A DNA stretch of 64,000 nucleotides from Nitrospirota bacterium (GCA_016207885.1 JACQZE010000027.1:11944-75943); one strand, 5' to 3'; counted from the first letter of the stretch, positions 31,062-41,554 are shown. Numbers and translations: made by a program. The notes: generated by a model not told the origin, from the sequence alone.

Positions 31062-31386
31062 TAAGGCGGAATGGAAAATGAAAATATTCAGGAATGCTGA
31101 CGTAATGTGGCGGGAAGAGGACGAATACAGGGCGCAGGCTTATGAAAGGCTTGAAAAAGGAGAAGATGCCGAAAGGATCGGCACATCCGTTTTATTCCAC
31201 AATGGAATGATGCTGTCGCTTAACCTGCTTGGGACAGAGATATGGAAAAGGTGCGAGGGCGGGACGATCGATGAAATAGTATCTGAACTTACCGGGATAT
31301 TTGATGTTGAGCCTGAAGTCCTGAAAAAGGATGCGGAGGCATTTATCTCCGAGCTGAAAGAAAAGGGGTATCTCAGATATGAATGA
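31054..31386 (+). CDS. PqqD-family RiPP recognition element (GeoRSP-type)
   Basis: LNLLGTEIWKRCEGGTIDEIVSEL...FDVE...DAEAFISELKEKG. Start may be 31078. Confidence 0.9.
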   Translation: MTDKAEWKMKIFRNADVMWREEDEYRAQAYERLEKGEDAERIGTSVLFHNGMMLSLNLLGTEIWKRCEGGTIDEIVSELTGIFDVEPEVLKKDAEAFISELKEKGYLRYE

Positions 31387-32383
31387 CTTTCTTCCGGGCT
31401 CGCCGCTGACGATCAACTGGGCTGTTACGAACAAATGCAATTTTAAATGCAGCCACTGCTACAGCCGGAATGACCCCTCCGGTGAACTTGATATGAACCT
31501 GCTTTTTCAATGCGTTGAGAGAGTCGCAAAGGCAGGCGTACTTTCGATCAACTTTGGAGGCGGGGAGCCTCTGTTAAGGAGCGGCCTGATGGAAATAGCA
31601 CGGTTTGCTTCACAAAACGGCCTGCGGGTTTCCATGAACAGCAACGGTTTTTTAATAGACAACCGGAAGGCGGTTGACCTGAAAGTCAGCGGATTTTCAA
31701 AAGTCGGGATAAGCATTGACAGCCACCTGTCTGAGATCCACGATGAGTTCAGAGGCGCAATTGGCAGTCATGAAAGGGCGGTGAGGGCGCTTGACTGCCT
31801 GAATAAAGCAGGGATTGAGACATCCATATCAACCGTGATCTGCAGGATCAATCACAAGGATATTGACGCATTGGTTGAGTTTGCGGCCCGGAACAAAGTG
31901 AAACATCTCAATTTTCACAACTTCAAATGCTCAGGACTCGGATATTCAAATAAGGACAAGCTGGATCTATGCGGTGATGAATGGAAGGAATTTTATATCA
32001 AGGCGCTTGACGCAAAAAATAAAACTAAAGACCTGGATATATCGCTTGATGATCCTGTGATAGCTCTGCTGGGGGCTAATAAAAATGGATCGATGGTCAG
32101 GGGAAGCATCTGCGGGAAGCTTTCATTGAATATTAAATCAAACGGGGATATAACCCCATGCGGATTTATCCCGATCGTGATAGGCAATATCACAAAAGAC
32201 GATTTAAAAGACATATGGAAAAACTCTCCGGCGCTGATCAGGATGAGAAACAAAACACCAAAAGGCAAGTGCGTAACATGCGGCCATTATGCGGATTGTC
32301 TCGGCGGCTGTACAGCGCGCGCCATCGCGCTGACAGGCGACATGAACAACCCTGATCCGCATTGCTGGTATCATGAATCCTGA
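31379..32383 (+). CDS. Radical SAM/SPASM peptide maturase (GeoRSP-type)
   Basis: CNFKCSHC, GGGEP; SPASM C...GDITPC...CxxCxxxxxCxGGC...C. Confidence 0.92.
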   Translation: MNDFLPGSPLTINWAVTNKCNFKCSHCYSRNDPSGELDMNLLFQCVERVAKAGVLSINFGGGEPLLRSGLMEIARFASQNGLRVSMNSNGFLIDNRKAVDLKVSGFSKVGISIDSHLSEIHDEFRGAIGSHERAVRALDCLNKAGIETSISTVICRINHKDIDALVEFAARNKVKHLNFHNFKCSGLGYSNKDKLDLCGDEWKEFYIKALDAKNKTKDLDISLDDPVIALLGANKNGSMVRGSICGKLSLNIKSNGDITPCGFIPIVIGNITKDDLKDIWKNSPALIRMRNKTPKGKCVTCGHYADCLGGCTARAIALTGDMNNPDPHCWYHES

Positions 32384-33239
32384 TAACTTGATAGATCCGT
32401 TCATCGTTTACTGGGACCTGAGGCCGTCGGGATACAGTGAAGAGACGATCTTAAATGTTTGCGATGAACTGATAAAGAGCAAAATATTTGTCCTTAATCT
32501 AAGAGATATTTCACATCCTCTAAGCGCCGCCTCGATCGGTATTCTCGAAAAACTGGGTGAAACGAATATTAAGATCAGGCTGACTGTGAAGCACGATGCC
32601 GTTGAACGGCCGATGATGGAGATATTACAGAAACGCAGGGTCTCTATTTTCACAGAGACGGATTCCATAGTAAAACTCCGATCCACTGATGCTGCCGTTA
32701 CGGGCAGTGTTTCATTTTTATTAAACAAAAATAACTTCCATGATATTCCTGACGTTATTTGCTTCTGCTTAAAGAGCCAGGTAACTGAACTTGAATTTCC
32801 GATACAGAGGGCTGAAGACAAAGATATATTTTATCCTGACTTCGAAAATATTGGCCGGCTTCATGATGAACTGAAATCAATGTCATTTGAAAAGCTGAAG
32901 GTAACGGTTCATGATCCTTTTCTCTGGAAGGCCTTTCATGACAAAGAACAGCATGAAGGAACGGGCTGTAACGGCGCAAACACGATGATCTATATCTCGC
33001 CGGATCTTGACGTTACTCCATGCCCTTTACTGCCTTTAAATATGGGGCATCTTGGCACTGATACTTTAAATGAAATCTTTTCTTCAGCCAAAAGACGGCA
33101 AATAAGAAAAACGCTTCTTGCTCCGCCTTATGAATGCCGGAAATGCGCCATGGTTGATAATTGCATAGGCGGCTGCAGGGGAAGGGCCTATGTTTTAGAT
33201 GATACCTTTGATAAGAAAGACCCGGCATGCCGGTTTTAG
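32373..33239 (+). CDS. SPASM-domain protein with a degenerate radical SAM domain
   Basis: No CxxxCxxC; intact CNGA...VTPCP...CRKC...CIGGCRG...DPAC. Confidence 0.85.
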   Translation: MNPDNLIDPFIVYWDLRPSGYSEETILNVCDELIKSKIFVLNLRDISHPLSAASIGILEKLGETNIKIRLTVKHDAVERPMMEILQKRRVSIFTETDSIVKLRSTDAAVTGSVSFLLNKNNFHDIPDVICFCLKSQVTELEFPIQRAEDKDIFYPDFENIGRLHDELKSMSFEKLKVTVHDPFLWKAFHDKEQHEGTGCNGANTMIYISPDLDVTPCPLLPLNMGHLGTDTLNEIFSSAKRRQIRKTLLAPPYECRKCAMVDNCIGGCRGRAYVLDDTFDKKDPACRF

Positions 33240-33348
33240 TGGTTTTGCATTCTGTTAAGGCTGCGGCTTTTGCAAAATACCATTTTCTGTTAGCCAAATT
33301 CATCATAAATATGTACAATAATGTACTATTGTGAACAGGAGATATGAA

Positions 33349-33885
33349 ATGAAAAATTTGAAGTCAATGGTCTTTACAATTTTAGTTATTGTTTTTTTCG
33401 GGCTGACCGTTTTTTGCGGTCATTCAAATGCCGAAGATATGATGCCGTGGAAGCTTGACAGGGTGATAGGTTCACAGGCAACTGATTTTAAAATAAAGGA
33501 CCTGAAGGGCAATGATGTCACGCTCTCGTCTTTTAAAGGCAAGCCTGTACTGCTGAACATCTGGGCCACATGGTGCCCTTACTGCAGGAAAGAGAGGGCT
33601 GAGCTGAATGAACTGTATAAAGTGTATAACGCTAAAGGGCTGGTAATAATCTCGGTAGCTAATGACAGAGATATTGAAAAGGTAAAGCAGTATATCAAAA
33701 GCAATCCTGCCAGCTACATGGTTCTTTCAGATGAGGACGGCATTGTAACAGATGCCTACAGTGTTTACGGCTTGCCGACCAACTTCCTTATTGACCGCAA
33801 TGGTGTAATAAAAAACAAGTTCACGGGTTTTCGAAGCTGGACAGACCCTGAGTCAATAAAGATCCTGGACGACTTTATCAAGTAG
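33349..33885 (+). CDS. TlpA/ResA-family thiol-disulfide oxidoreductase
   Basis: NIWATWCPYC, GLPTNFLID; N-terminal anchor; AGGAG RBS. Confidence 0.9.
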   Translation: MKNLKSMVFTILVIVFFGLTVFCGHSNAEDMMPWKLDRVIGSQATDFKIKDLKGNDVTLSSFKGKPVLLNIWATWCPYCRKERAELNELYKVYNAKGLVIISVANDRDIEKVKQYIKSNPASYMVLSDEDGIVTDAYSVYGLPTNFLIDRNGVIKNKFTGFRSWTDPESIKILDDFIK

Positions 33886-33989
33886 ATTTTATTTCTTGAC
33901 AAATAAAATCTCCAATGATTAGAATTTCTCTCATATCCAATGTTATATAGTTTTAATATTTAATAAACAATTTAATAAGGAGGAATATT

Positions 33990-34382
33990 ATGAATCCCGA
34001 AGACGTTAAATATCACAAGGAGCACACCTGGGTAAAAGTTGAGGACAAGAAGGCTACGGTCGGCATCACTGACTATGCCCAGGAATCCCTTGGAGACATC
34101 GTTTATATTGATGCTCCTGAACTTGACGGGGAAGTAGATGCGGGGACAGAGCTCACTCAGATCGAGTCTACCAAGGCCACTTCTTCCGTGATAAGCCCCG
34201 TGACAGGTACCATTGTAAAGATAAACGAGGACCTTTCCGACTCTCCTGAGATCATCAATGAGGATCCCTACGGCAAGGGCTGGATAGCTGTCCTTGATAT
34301 TGATGACGAGGGCCAGCTTAACGGCCTTATGGATCTGGAGGCTTATGAGAAATATCTTGAGGAAGAGGTGAAGCTTAAATAA
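33990..34382 (+). CDS. gcvH: Glycine cleavage system H protein
   Basis: EHTW, VGITDYAQESLGDIV, ESTKA lipoyl site, PYGKGW. Confidence 0.95.
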   Translation: MNPEDVKYHKEHTWVKVEDKKATVGITDYAQESLGDIVYIDAPELDGEVDAGTELTQIESTKATSSVISPVTGTIVKINEDLSDSPEIINEDPYGKGWIAVLDIDDEGQLNGLMDLEAYEKYLEEEVKLK

Positions 34383-35767
34383 TGAAGATAACGATTCTTG
34401 GCGCGGGCCCCGGCGGGTATGTAGCAGCATTAAGGGCGGCACAACTGGGAGCTGATGTAACGGTTATTGAAGACGGAGAGGTAGGCGGCACATGCCTTAA
34501 CTGGGGATGTATTCCTACAAAGACACTTATCGCGTCTGCCGAAGTTCTTCACAAGGCGAGAAACGCAAAGGATTACGGGCTGGATTTTGAAGGCTCCATA
34601 TCTCCCAATATAGCGAAGATAGTTGAGCGAAAGAACAAGGTGGTTGTCACACAGGTCAAGGGCATACGCGGGCTCTTCAAGTCGTGGGGGGTCAACCTGA
34701 TAGAAGGCAGGGGCATTATTGCCGGGCCGAAAAAAATAAAGGTCACGCTGAAGGACGGTTCTGTTTCAGATATTGATACTGACAAAATAATTATCGCCAC
34801 AGGTTCAAGGCCTGCGCAGATCCCGGTATTTCCTTTTGACGGGAAGCGGATACTCTCAAGCGACCACGCGATAAATCCGGATTCCATTCCCAAAAGCCTC
34901 CTCATTGTAGGGGCGGGCGTCATAGGGTGCGAGTTTGCATTTATATACAAGGAATTTGGTTCTGAAGTGACTATGGTCGAGATGATGCCTAATGCTGTTT
35001 CAACAGAGGATGAGGAGATTTCTCAGATACTTGAGAGAGAGCTTAAGAAGAACAAGATAAAGCTTCTGACCAATACTGGCGTTAATAAGGTTGACGTAAG
35101 AGATGACGGCATAACCGCAACACTCACCGATGGAAAGACGATTGAGGCAGAGAAGGTGCTCGTATCAATCGGAAGGGCTGTCAACAGTGCGAATATCGGG
35201 CTTGAGGGTTTAAGTATAGCGCAGGGTAAACGCGGAGAGATAATAGTTGACAGCAGCCTGCAGACCAATATTGAAGGCATCTACGCCATCGGTGATGTCA
35301 CAGGTGGGATAATGCTTGCGCACCTCGCATCAAAAGAAGGTATTGTCGCCGCTGAGAATGCCATGGGCGGCAGCAGTAAAGTTAACTATGACGTTATTCC
35401 TGCCGCGATATTTACAAGCCCGGAGATAGGATCAGTAGGCCTCAGGGAGAAGCAGGCTGTTGCAGCCGGGATCAAATACAAGGTAGGAAGGTTCCAGTTC
35501 AGGGCGCTCGGCAAGGCGCATGCGATGGGAGAGATCTCAGGCATGTTTAAGATGATAACTGAAGATGCGACAGACAGGATAATCGGCGCGCACATTATCG
35601 GCGCTCATGCTTCTGACCTGATACATGAGGTTGCTCTTGCAATGGAGAAGGGCCTGACCGCAAAAGATATTGCAGATACGATCCACGCCCATCCGACACT
35701 TGCCGAGGGTATTATGGAGTGTTCTGAGGATGTCCATGACAGGGCGATACATTCACCGAAGAAGTAG
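34382..35767 (+). CDS. lpdA: Dihydrolipoyl dehydrogenase
   Basis: GAGPGGY, GGTCLNWGCIP, HAHPTLAE. Confidence 0.95.
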   Translation: MKITILGAGPGGYVAALRAAQLGADVTVIEDGEVGGTCLNWGCIPTKTLIASAEVLHKARNAKDYGLDFEGSISPNIAKIVERKNKVVVTQVKGIRGLFKSWGVNLIEGRGIIAGPKKIKVTLKDGSVSDIDTDKIIIATGSRPAQIPVFPFDGKRILSSDHAINPDSIPKSLLIVGAGVIGCEFAFIYKEFGSEVTMVEMMPNAVSTEDEEISQILERELKKNKIKLLTNTGVNKVDVRDDGITATLTDGKTIEAEKVLVSIGRAVNSANIGLEGLSIAQGKRGEIIVDSSLQTNIEGIYAIGDVTGGIMLAHLASKEGIVAAENAMGGSSKVNYDVIPAAIFTSPEIGSVGLREKQAVAAGIKYKVGRFQFRALGKAHAMGEISGMFKMITEDATDRIIGAHIIGAHASDLIHEVALAMEKGLTAKDIADTIHAHPTLAEGIMECSEDVHDRAIHSPKK

Positions 35768-35896
35768 ACAGGCTTTAAGTTTTAGCGGATAAAATACATC
35801 ATGTCTTGCCGGTTAACATATTGAAATTATTGCTATTAATCCAGGTTATGGTCAGGCTTTCTGCCTGGCCATATAATTTTTATCAGGTAAATATAA

Positions 35897-36724
35897 ATGA
35901 AGACCAATGAAGTAAAAATAGGAAATGTATCTATAGGAAAAGATAATCCACTTGCCTTTATCGCAGGCCCTTGCGTGATCGAGTCTGAAGCATCAACTCT
36001 TAAGGCTGCCGTCAGGCTTGCTGAAATCTCTCAGCGGCTGAATATACCGATCATTTTTAAGAGTTCATATGACAAGGCGAACAGAACATCTGTCACTTCT
36101 TTTAGGGGGCCTGGTATTGATGCCGGGCTAACTATTTTAGATAAGGCGAGAAAAGAGACAGGGCTTTCTATTATCTCTGATGTCCATTCAGTTGAAGAGG
36201 CAAAGAAGGCTGCTGAAGTGCTGGACTGCCTTCAGATACCCGCATTTTTATGCAGGCAGACCGACCTTATAATTGAAGCCTCTAAGACCGGCAAGCCTGT
36301 CAATGTAAAGAAGGGACAATTCCTTGCGCCGGGTGACGTAAAGAATATTATTAATAAAATGATTTCAACCGGAAATGAAAATATTCTGATCACAGAGCGC
36401 GGAGTTTCATTCGGCTACAATAATCTTGTTGTTGACATGCGCTCTATCCCGATAATTCAGGGCTTTGGTTATCCTGTGGTTTATGATGCCACTCACAGCG
36501 TGCAGCTTCCCGGCGGAATGGGGAGTTCATCAGGAGGCGAGAGGCAGTTCATATCGCCGCTTACGAGAGCCGCTGTTGCCGCAGGGTGTGATGCAGTATT
36601 CTTAGAGGTGCATGAATGCCCGGAAAAAGCTCTCTGTGACGGCCCCAATATGGTAGCGCTGGATTCGCTGCCGGAATTACTGCGGAAGCTGGTTCAGATA
36701 AATGAACTTATAAGGAAGATATAA
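35897..36724 (+). CDS. kdsA: KDO-8-phosphate synthase
   Basis: AGPCVIE, DKANRTS, KKGQFL, DATHSVQ. Confidence 0.95.
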   Translation: MKTNEVKIGNVSIGKDNPLAFIAGPCVIESEASTLKAAVRLAEISQRLNIPIIFKSSYDKANRTSVTSFRGPGIDAGLTILDKARKETGLSIISDVHSVEEAKKAAEVLDCLQIPAFLCRQTDLIIEASKTGKPVNVKKGQFLAPGDVKNIINKMISTGNENILITERGVSFGYNNLVVDMRSIPIIQGFGYPVVYDATHSVQLPGGMGSSSGGERQFISPLTRAAVAAGCDAVFLEVHECPEKALCDGPNMVALDSLPELLRKLVQINELIRKI

Positions 36725-36732
36725 AAGAAGTT

Positions 36733-37701
36733 ATGGACAAGTATATTGAACAGGCAAAAAAGGTTTTAAGGATCGAGGCGGATGCTATAGAGTCTCTGAT
36801 CGAAAGGGTCAATGAGACGATCATAGAGGCTATTGATATTCTGTATCAATGCAAAGGGAAGGTTGTGGTCACCGGGATGGGAAAGTCCGGGCTTATCGGC
36901 AAGAAGATAGCCGCGACACTTTCATCAACAGGAACCTCAGCATTCTATCTTAATCCTGCGGAAGGAAGCCACGGCGATATCGGCATGGTGACAAAAGATG
37001 ATGTTGTCATTGCAATATCGAACAGCGGCGAAACTGACGAGATAATTAATATCCTTCCGGTGCTTAAGAGGCTTGATGTAAAGATAATCGCCATGACAGG
37101 GAACCTTTCATCTTCACTTGCCAAAAAGTCTGATGTCGTGCTTGATATATCAGTTAAGGAAGAGGCATGTCCTATGGGGCTTGCTCCGACCGCCTCGACC
37201 ACAGCAACGCTTGCGATGGGCGATGTCCTTGCCGTAACATTATTAAGCAAAAAGGGCTTTACCGAAGAGGATTTCGCTTTCTGCCATCCCGGAGGCAATA
37301 TAGGCAGGAGGCTGCTTACAAATGTCGAAGACCTGATGCACAAAGGAAGCGATGTGCCTGTTGTCGGAGTTGATACAGACATGAAGGTTGCCATACTTGA
37401 GATATCATCCAAGCGGCTCGGCATAACAACGGTAGCTGACGCGGAAGGAATGTTCAAAGGCGTGATCTCTGACGGAGACCTCAGGAGAGGCCTTGAAAAA
37501 TGGGGCGAGGGCTTTATCAATCTTAAGGCAGGTGATGTCATGTCAGCAAATCCCAAGACTATAATGCGCGACGCTCTTGCGACAAAGGCTGTTTCCATAA
37601 TGGAAAAGAACTCAATCACCTCTCTTGTCGTTCTTGATCAGTCAGGGAAGGCCGAGGGCATAATTCATCTGCATGACCTGCTTAAGGCAGGGATAGTATG
37701 A
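36733..37701 (+). CDS. kdsD: Arabinose-5-phosphate isomerase (SIS + CBS)
   Basis: GMGKSG, HGDIG, APTASTT, HPGG, CBS pair. Confidence 0.93.
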   Translation: MDKYIEQAKKVLRIEADAIESLIERVNETIIEAIDILYQCKGKVVVTGMGKSGLIGKKIAATLSSTGTSAFYLNPAEGSHGDIGMVTKDDVVIAISNSGETDEIINILPVLKRLDVKIIAMTGNLSSSLAKKSDVVLDISVKEEACPMGLAPTASTTATLAMGDVLAVTLLSKKGFTEEDFAFCHPGGNIGRRLLTNVEDLMHKGSDVPVVGVDTDMKVAILEISSKRLGITTVADAEGMFKGVISDGDLRRGLEKWGEGFINLKAGDVMSANPKTIMRDALATKAVSIMEKNSITSLVVLDQSGKAEGIIHLHDLLKAGIV

Positions 37702-38264
37702 AAAAAAGCATTCAGCATTCAGCATTCAGCATTCAGAAGAAAAAGAATATAAAAGCACAAGCAAAAAAGATAAGGCTTCTTATACTGGATGTTGACGGCG
37801 TTATGACTGACGGCAGCATAATGCTTGATAATAACGGGAACGAATACAAGAGATTTCACGTCAGGGACGGCCATGGGATAAAGATGCTCGAGAAGGCCGG
37901 CATAAAGACAGCCATCATTACAGGAAGAAGGTCAAAGGTTGTGGACAGAAGGGCGCAAGAGCTCGGCATCACTGATGTTCATCAGGGTGTGTTTAAGAAG
38001 TCAGAGGTCTATGAAGGGCTTCTCAGTAAATACAGGCTCAAAGATGAGAATGTCGCATTTATGGGTGATGATACAGTTGATATCGAACTTTTTAAAAGGG
38101 CAGGCATGACCGCAGCCCCGGCAGATGCTGAGGATGAGGTACGAAAGATTGCCGGCTTCATATCAGGCAGAAACGGCGGAAGAGGGGCTGTAAGAGAATT
38201 TATCAACTTAATATTGAAGTCTTCCGGCCTCTGGGAAAATGTCTCAGGCGAGTCCATTGATTAA
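37698..38264 (+). CDS. kdsC: KDO-8-phosphate phosphatase
   Basis: DVDGVMTDG, GDD, GGRGAVRE. Confidence 0.93.
   Translation: MKKSIQHSAFSIQKKKNIKAQAKKIRLLILDVDGVMTDGSIMLDNNGNEYKRFHVRDGHGIKMLEKAGIKTAIITGRRSKVVDRRAQELGITDVHQGVFKKSEVYEGLLSKYRLKDENVAFMGDDTVDIELFKRAGMTAAPADAEDEVRKIAGFISGRNGGRGAVREFINLILKSSGLWENVSGESID
37707..37734 (+). repeat. Heptamer tandem repeat (AGCATTC)x4 in the kdsC 5' end
   Basis: Direct reading. Confidence 0.9.
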
Positions 38265-38805
38265 CATACCCACTCTCATCACATTAAGCAGAATCTTCGT
38301 GATCCCGCTCTTTGTCTTTATTGCGGCCAAAGACCCTTTTACCGGAGCCCTGATATTTTCACTTGCAGCTATTACGGATTTTTTCGACGGATATATTGCA
38401 CGAAGGTCAAAACAGGTAACCAAGCTCGGGATACTGCTTGACCCGATAGCGGATAAACTTCTTGTTATATCAGCGCTCATCGTTCTTGTGGACATGGCGC
38501 TTGTGCCCGCATGGATAGCCATAGTCATCGTTGCCAGGGAATTTCTCGTGACCGGGCTGAGGGTGGTTGCATTGACAAAAGACCTGGTGATACCTGCCGA
38601 GACCGGAGGAAAGATAAAGGTCGGCGCACAGATCGCTTCGATCATAATACTTCTGCTTGACAGGTCGTTGATCAGCTATGATTTTTTCGGGCCGATCGAG
38701 TTTCTCGTTGAATACAGCGTCGGTATCACGCTCCTTTGGGCAGCAATGATAATAGGCCTGGTCTCCGGAGTACAATATTTTCAGGCATTCTGGAAGAAGC
38801 TGTAA
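38239..38805 (+). CDS. pgsA: Phosphatidylglycerophosphate synthase
   Basis: TDFFDGYIARR...GILLDPIADK. Confidence 0.92.
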   Translation: MSQASPLINIPTLITLSRIFVIPLFVFIAAKDPFTGALIFSLAAITDFFDGYIARRSKQVTKLGILLDPIADKLLVISALIVLVDMALVPAWIAIVIVAREFLVTGLRVVALTKDLVIPAETGGKIKVGAQIASIIILLLDRSLISYDFFGPIEFLVEYSVGITLLWAAMIIGLVSGVQYFQAFWKKL

Positions 38806-39425
38806 TGGATCCCGGAAGTTATCTTTACCTTCTTATACCGTTCTCTTACATTATCGGCTCCATTCCTTTCGGCGTTATCATAAGCAGGGCAAAAGGCATA
38901 GATATAAGGAGTACGGGCAGCGGCAATATAGGCGCGACCAATGTCCTGCGAGGCGTTGGAAAACTACCCGCGTTTCTTACGCTTGTATGTGACATTCTTA
39001 AGGGAGCAGCGCCTTTATTTTTGTTATATCTCATACTTGGCGAACGGGGTTCTTCTTCATTTGATCTATGGGGCGGGATGGCGGCTCTGGCAGTTGTGCT
39101 CGGGCATCTCTTTCCGGCCTTTCTTTCCTTTAAGGGTGGAAAGGGCGTTGCAACAGGGCTCGGGGTTATGCTTTTTTACAGTCCGGCGACCCTGGCAGTT
39201 ATGGTCATTATATGGCTGGTGACAGCTGCTTTTAGCAGATACTCATCTCTTTCTGCCATAAATGCATATATTGCCATGCCGATCATACTTGCGCTGTCTG
39301 GCGCTTCATATGTAAAGATCGCAATTGGTTTAATACTTGCTGTGATGATCGTCTTAAAACATGCTTCAAATATAAAGAGGCTTTGCAGCGGCACAGAAAC
39401 TAAAATAGGCGGCAGTAAGGGATGA
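38805..39425 (+). CDS. plsY: Glycerol-3-phosphate acyltransferase
   Basis: [31 protein letters not shown]. Confidence 0.93.
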   Translation: MDPGSYLYLLIPFSYIIGSIPFGVIISRAKGIDIRSTGSGNIGATNVLRGVGKLPAFLTLVCDILKGAAPLFLLYLILGERGSSSFDLWGGMAALAVVLGHLFPAFLSFKGGKGVATGLGVMLFYSPATLAVMVIIWLVTAAFSRYSSLSAINAYIAMPIILALSGASYVKIAIGLILAVMIVLKHASNIKRLCSGTETKIGGSKG

Positions 39426-40174
39426 GAGGGACAGGTAAAGGGAAACGGGCTGTAGTTCTTTTGAGCGGCGGCATTGATTCTACGACAACATTGTATATTG
39501 CAAAGGCCCTTGGGTTTGACCTTTATGCCATGACATTTGATTACGGCCAGCGGCACAGCATAGAACTTCGTATGGCCCGTTTATCCGCCGAGAAGCTGGA
39601 AGTCAAAAAACATCTTGTCCTTGATATCGACCTTAGGCAGATAGGCGGGTCAGCCCTTACGTCTGAAATGGAAGTGCCGAAGAGAGTTCAGGGTGAAGTC
39701 TTTAAAGAAGATTCGGGATCAAATTGCAAATTCCCAACTCCTGATTCCTCAAATATCCCTGTTACTTATGTTCCCGCAAGAAATACGATATTTTTATCAT
39801 TAGCGCTTGCCTGGGCCGAAGTTACAGGTTCCGCAGATATTTTTATAGGCGCCAATGCAATTGATTATAGCGGATATCCTGACTGCAGGCCGGAGTTTCT
39901 CCATGCTTTTGAGAAGATGGCAAACCTTGCTACCAAGGCTTCAGTTGAGGGAAATATGAAATTTAAAATTCATGCTCCGCTTATAGATATGACTAAAGCT
40001 GGGATCATAAGAAAAGGCGCTGAACTTGGCGTGGATCATTCTCTTGCATGGAGCTGTTATGACCCTGAAATAAAGAACGGTAAATATTTGCCGTGTTTGA
40101 GATGCGACAGCTGTGTCCTGAGAATTAAGGGTTTTAAAGATGCTGGAATAAGTGATCCTTTATCAGATGCCTGA
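39422..40174 (+). CDS. queC: 7-cyano-7-deazaguanine synthase
   Basis: SGGIDS, YGQRH, YVPARN, GYPDCR, SCY...CxxCDSC. Confidence 0.95.
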   Translation: MRGTGKGKRAVVLLSGGIDSTTTLYIAKALGFDLYAMTFDYGQRHSIELRMARLSAEKLEVKKHLVLDIDLRQIGGSALTSEMEVPKRVQGEVFKEDSGSNCKFPTPDSSNIPVTYVPARNTIFLSLALAWAEVTGSADIFIGANAIDYSGYPDCRPEFLHAFEKMANLATKASVEGNMKFKIHAPLIDMTKAGIIRKGAELGVDHSLAWSCYDPEIKNGKYLPCLRCDSCVLRIKGFKDAGISDPLSDA

Positions 40175-40179
40175 AGATC

Positions 40180-40473
40180 TTAAAAATCGCTGTTGAACTT
40201 GTAGCCGAATCCCGCTCTGCAGATCCCGTTGATATGTTCCGTCCATTGGGCAAGCCCGAATTTCGGAATATCGTCGTGACTTTCTGCTTTGATCGTGATT
40301 ACCTGGCCCTTTTCAAGAGGGTAATGGGTGACCAGGCTGAAGCCGAGATCTGAGATATCTACTATCTTTCCCCTTGAAAGGATCTTTGTGCTTTGCCTGA
40401 ACTGTATCTCAGTGACCTTGAACTCAATATCAATGTCGGTTGTTCTTCTGAATGACTTCCGTCTTTCTTTCAT
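40180..40473 (-). CDS. PilZ domain protein
   Basis: ERRKSFR (RxxxR) and DISDLG (DxSxxG). Confidence 0.8.
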   Translation of the reverse strand: MKERRKSFRRTTDIDIEFKVTEIQFRQSTKILSRGKIVDISDLGFSLVTHYPLEKGQVITIKAESHDDIPKFGLAQWTEHINGICRAGFGYKFNSDF

Positions 40474-40609
40474 TGTTTTAACCTTGCAGTGCTTCTAAGT
40501 AAATCTTATCAATTAGGATTAACTAAGTCAAGGAAGAGTTAATTATTCTCCTTTATCCTGAAGTAAGTTATATTTATATTTAGATTTAAATGAAGTAAAA
40601 TGAATAAGT

Positions 40610-41554
40610 ATGAAAGCGCTGGTCTATAATGAACATCTTGTTTTGAGAACGGACTACCCCCGGCCTGCAAGCGATGAAGCGCTGATCCGGGTCACTTACG
40701 CCGGCATCTGCAATACTGACATTGAGATCACTAAAGGTTATATGGGATTCAGCGGTGTGTTAGGCCATGAGTTTGCAGGGGTTGTCGAAGAGACAGATGA
40801 CAAAGAACTTATAAACAAAAGGGTGGTAGGCGAGATAAACCTTAACTGCGGACGATGTTCATATTGTTTGAACGGCATGCAGAGCCATTGCCCGAACCGC
40901 TCAGTGCTCGGCATACTCAACAGGGATGGTGTATTTGCCGGGTATGTAACATTACCGCTAAAGAACATACATGTTATCCCTGATAATGTGCCTGACGAAG
41001 AAGCGGTCTTTGTTGAGCCGCTTGCGGCAGCATTTGAAATAACCAGGCAGGTTAAGATCAGGCAGAGTGATAATGTATGTATTCTCGGTGACGGGAAGCT
41101 CGGGCTTCTTACGGCTCAGGTTATCTCTCTTTCAGGCTGCAACCTTACTGTTGTCGGAAAGCATGACAATAAACTTGCCATACTCGGCGGCATGGGGATA
41201 GAGACATTGATTTTGTCTGAATTTGATAAAAAGGGTTTTGATATAGTTATTGACGCCACCGGCTCTCCATCAGGCCTCAAGACAGCATTGGATATCGTCA
41301 GGCCAGGGGGTATGATTGTGTTGAAGACAACCACAGCTGAAGCATGCAGTTTAAATATTAACAGCATTGTGGTCAATGAGGTCACGCTTGTCGGGTCAAG
41401 GTGCGGGCCGTTTGATAAGGCGATCTGGGCGCTTGCTTCAAAAAAAATAAATGTCCTACCGCTCATCAGCAGGGTTTTTTCATTAGATGACGGCATTGAG
41501 GCTTTTGAGTATGCTTCAGGCAGGGATGCGCTAAAGGTGATACTTAAGATATGA
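40610..41554 (+). CDS. Zinc-dependent MDR alcohol dehydrogenase-like protein
   Basis: GICNTD, GHEFAG, CxxCxxC...C, GDGKLG. Confidence 0.9.
   Translation: MKALVYNEHLVLRTDYPRPASDEALIRVTYAGICNTDIEITKGYMGFSGVLGHEFAGVVEETDDKELINKRVVGEINLNCGRCSYCLNGMQSHCPNRSVLGILNRDGVFAGYVTLPLKNIHVIPDNVPDEEAVFVEPLAAAFEITRQVKIRQSDNVCILGDGKLGLLTAQVISLSGCNLTVVGKHDNKLAILGGMGIETLILSEFDKKGFDIVIDATGSPSGLKTALDIVRPGGMIVLKTTTAEACSLNINSIVVNEVTLVGSRCGPFDKAIWALASKKINVLPLISRVFSLDDGIEAFEYASGRDALKVILKI

Noticed and set aside
31054..32383. PQQ biosynthesis (pqqD/pqqE)
   Set aside because: No pqqB/pqqC and no ExxxY PqqA peptide
36945..37619. Long antisense ORFs (also 7263-7838, 21895-22422, 52832-53407, 56069-56623)
   Set aside because: Shadows of well-supported genes on the opposite strand, with no motifs of their own
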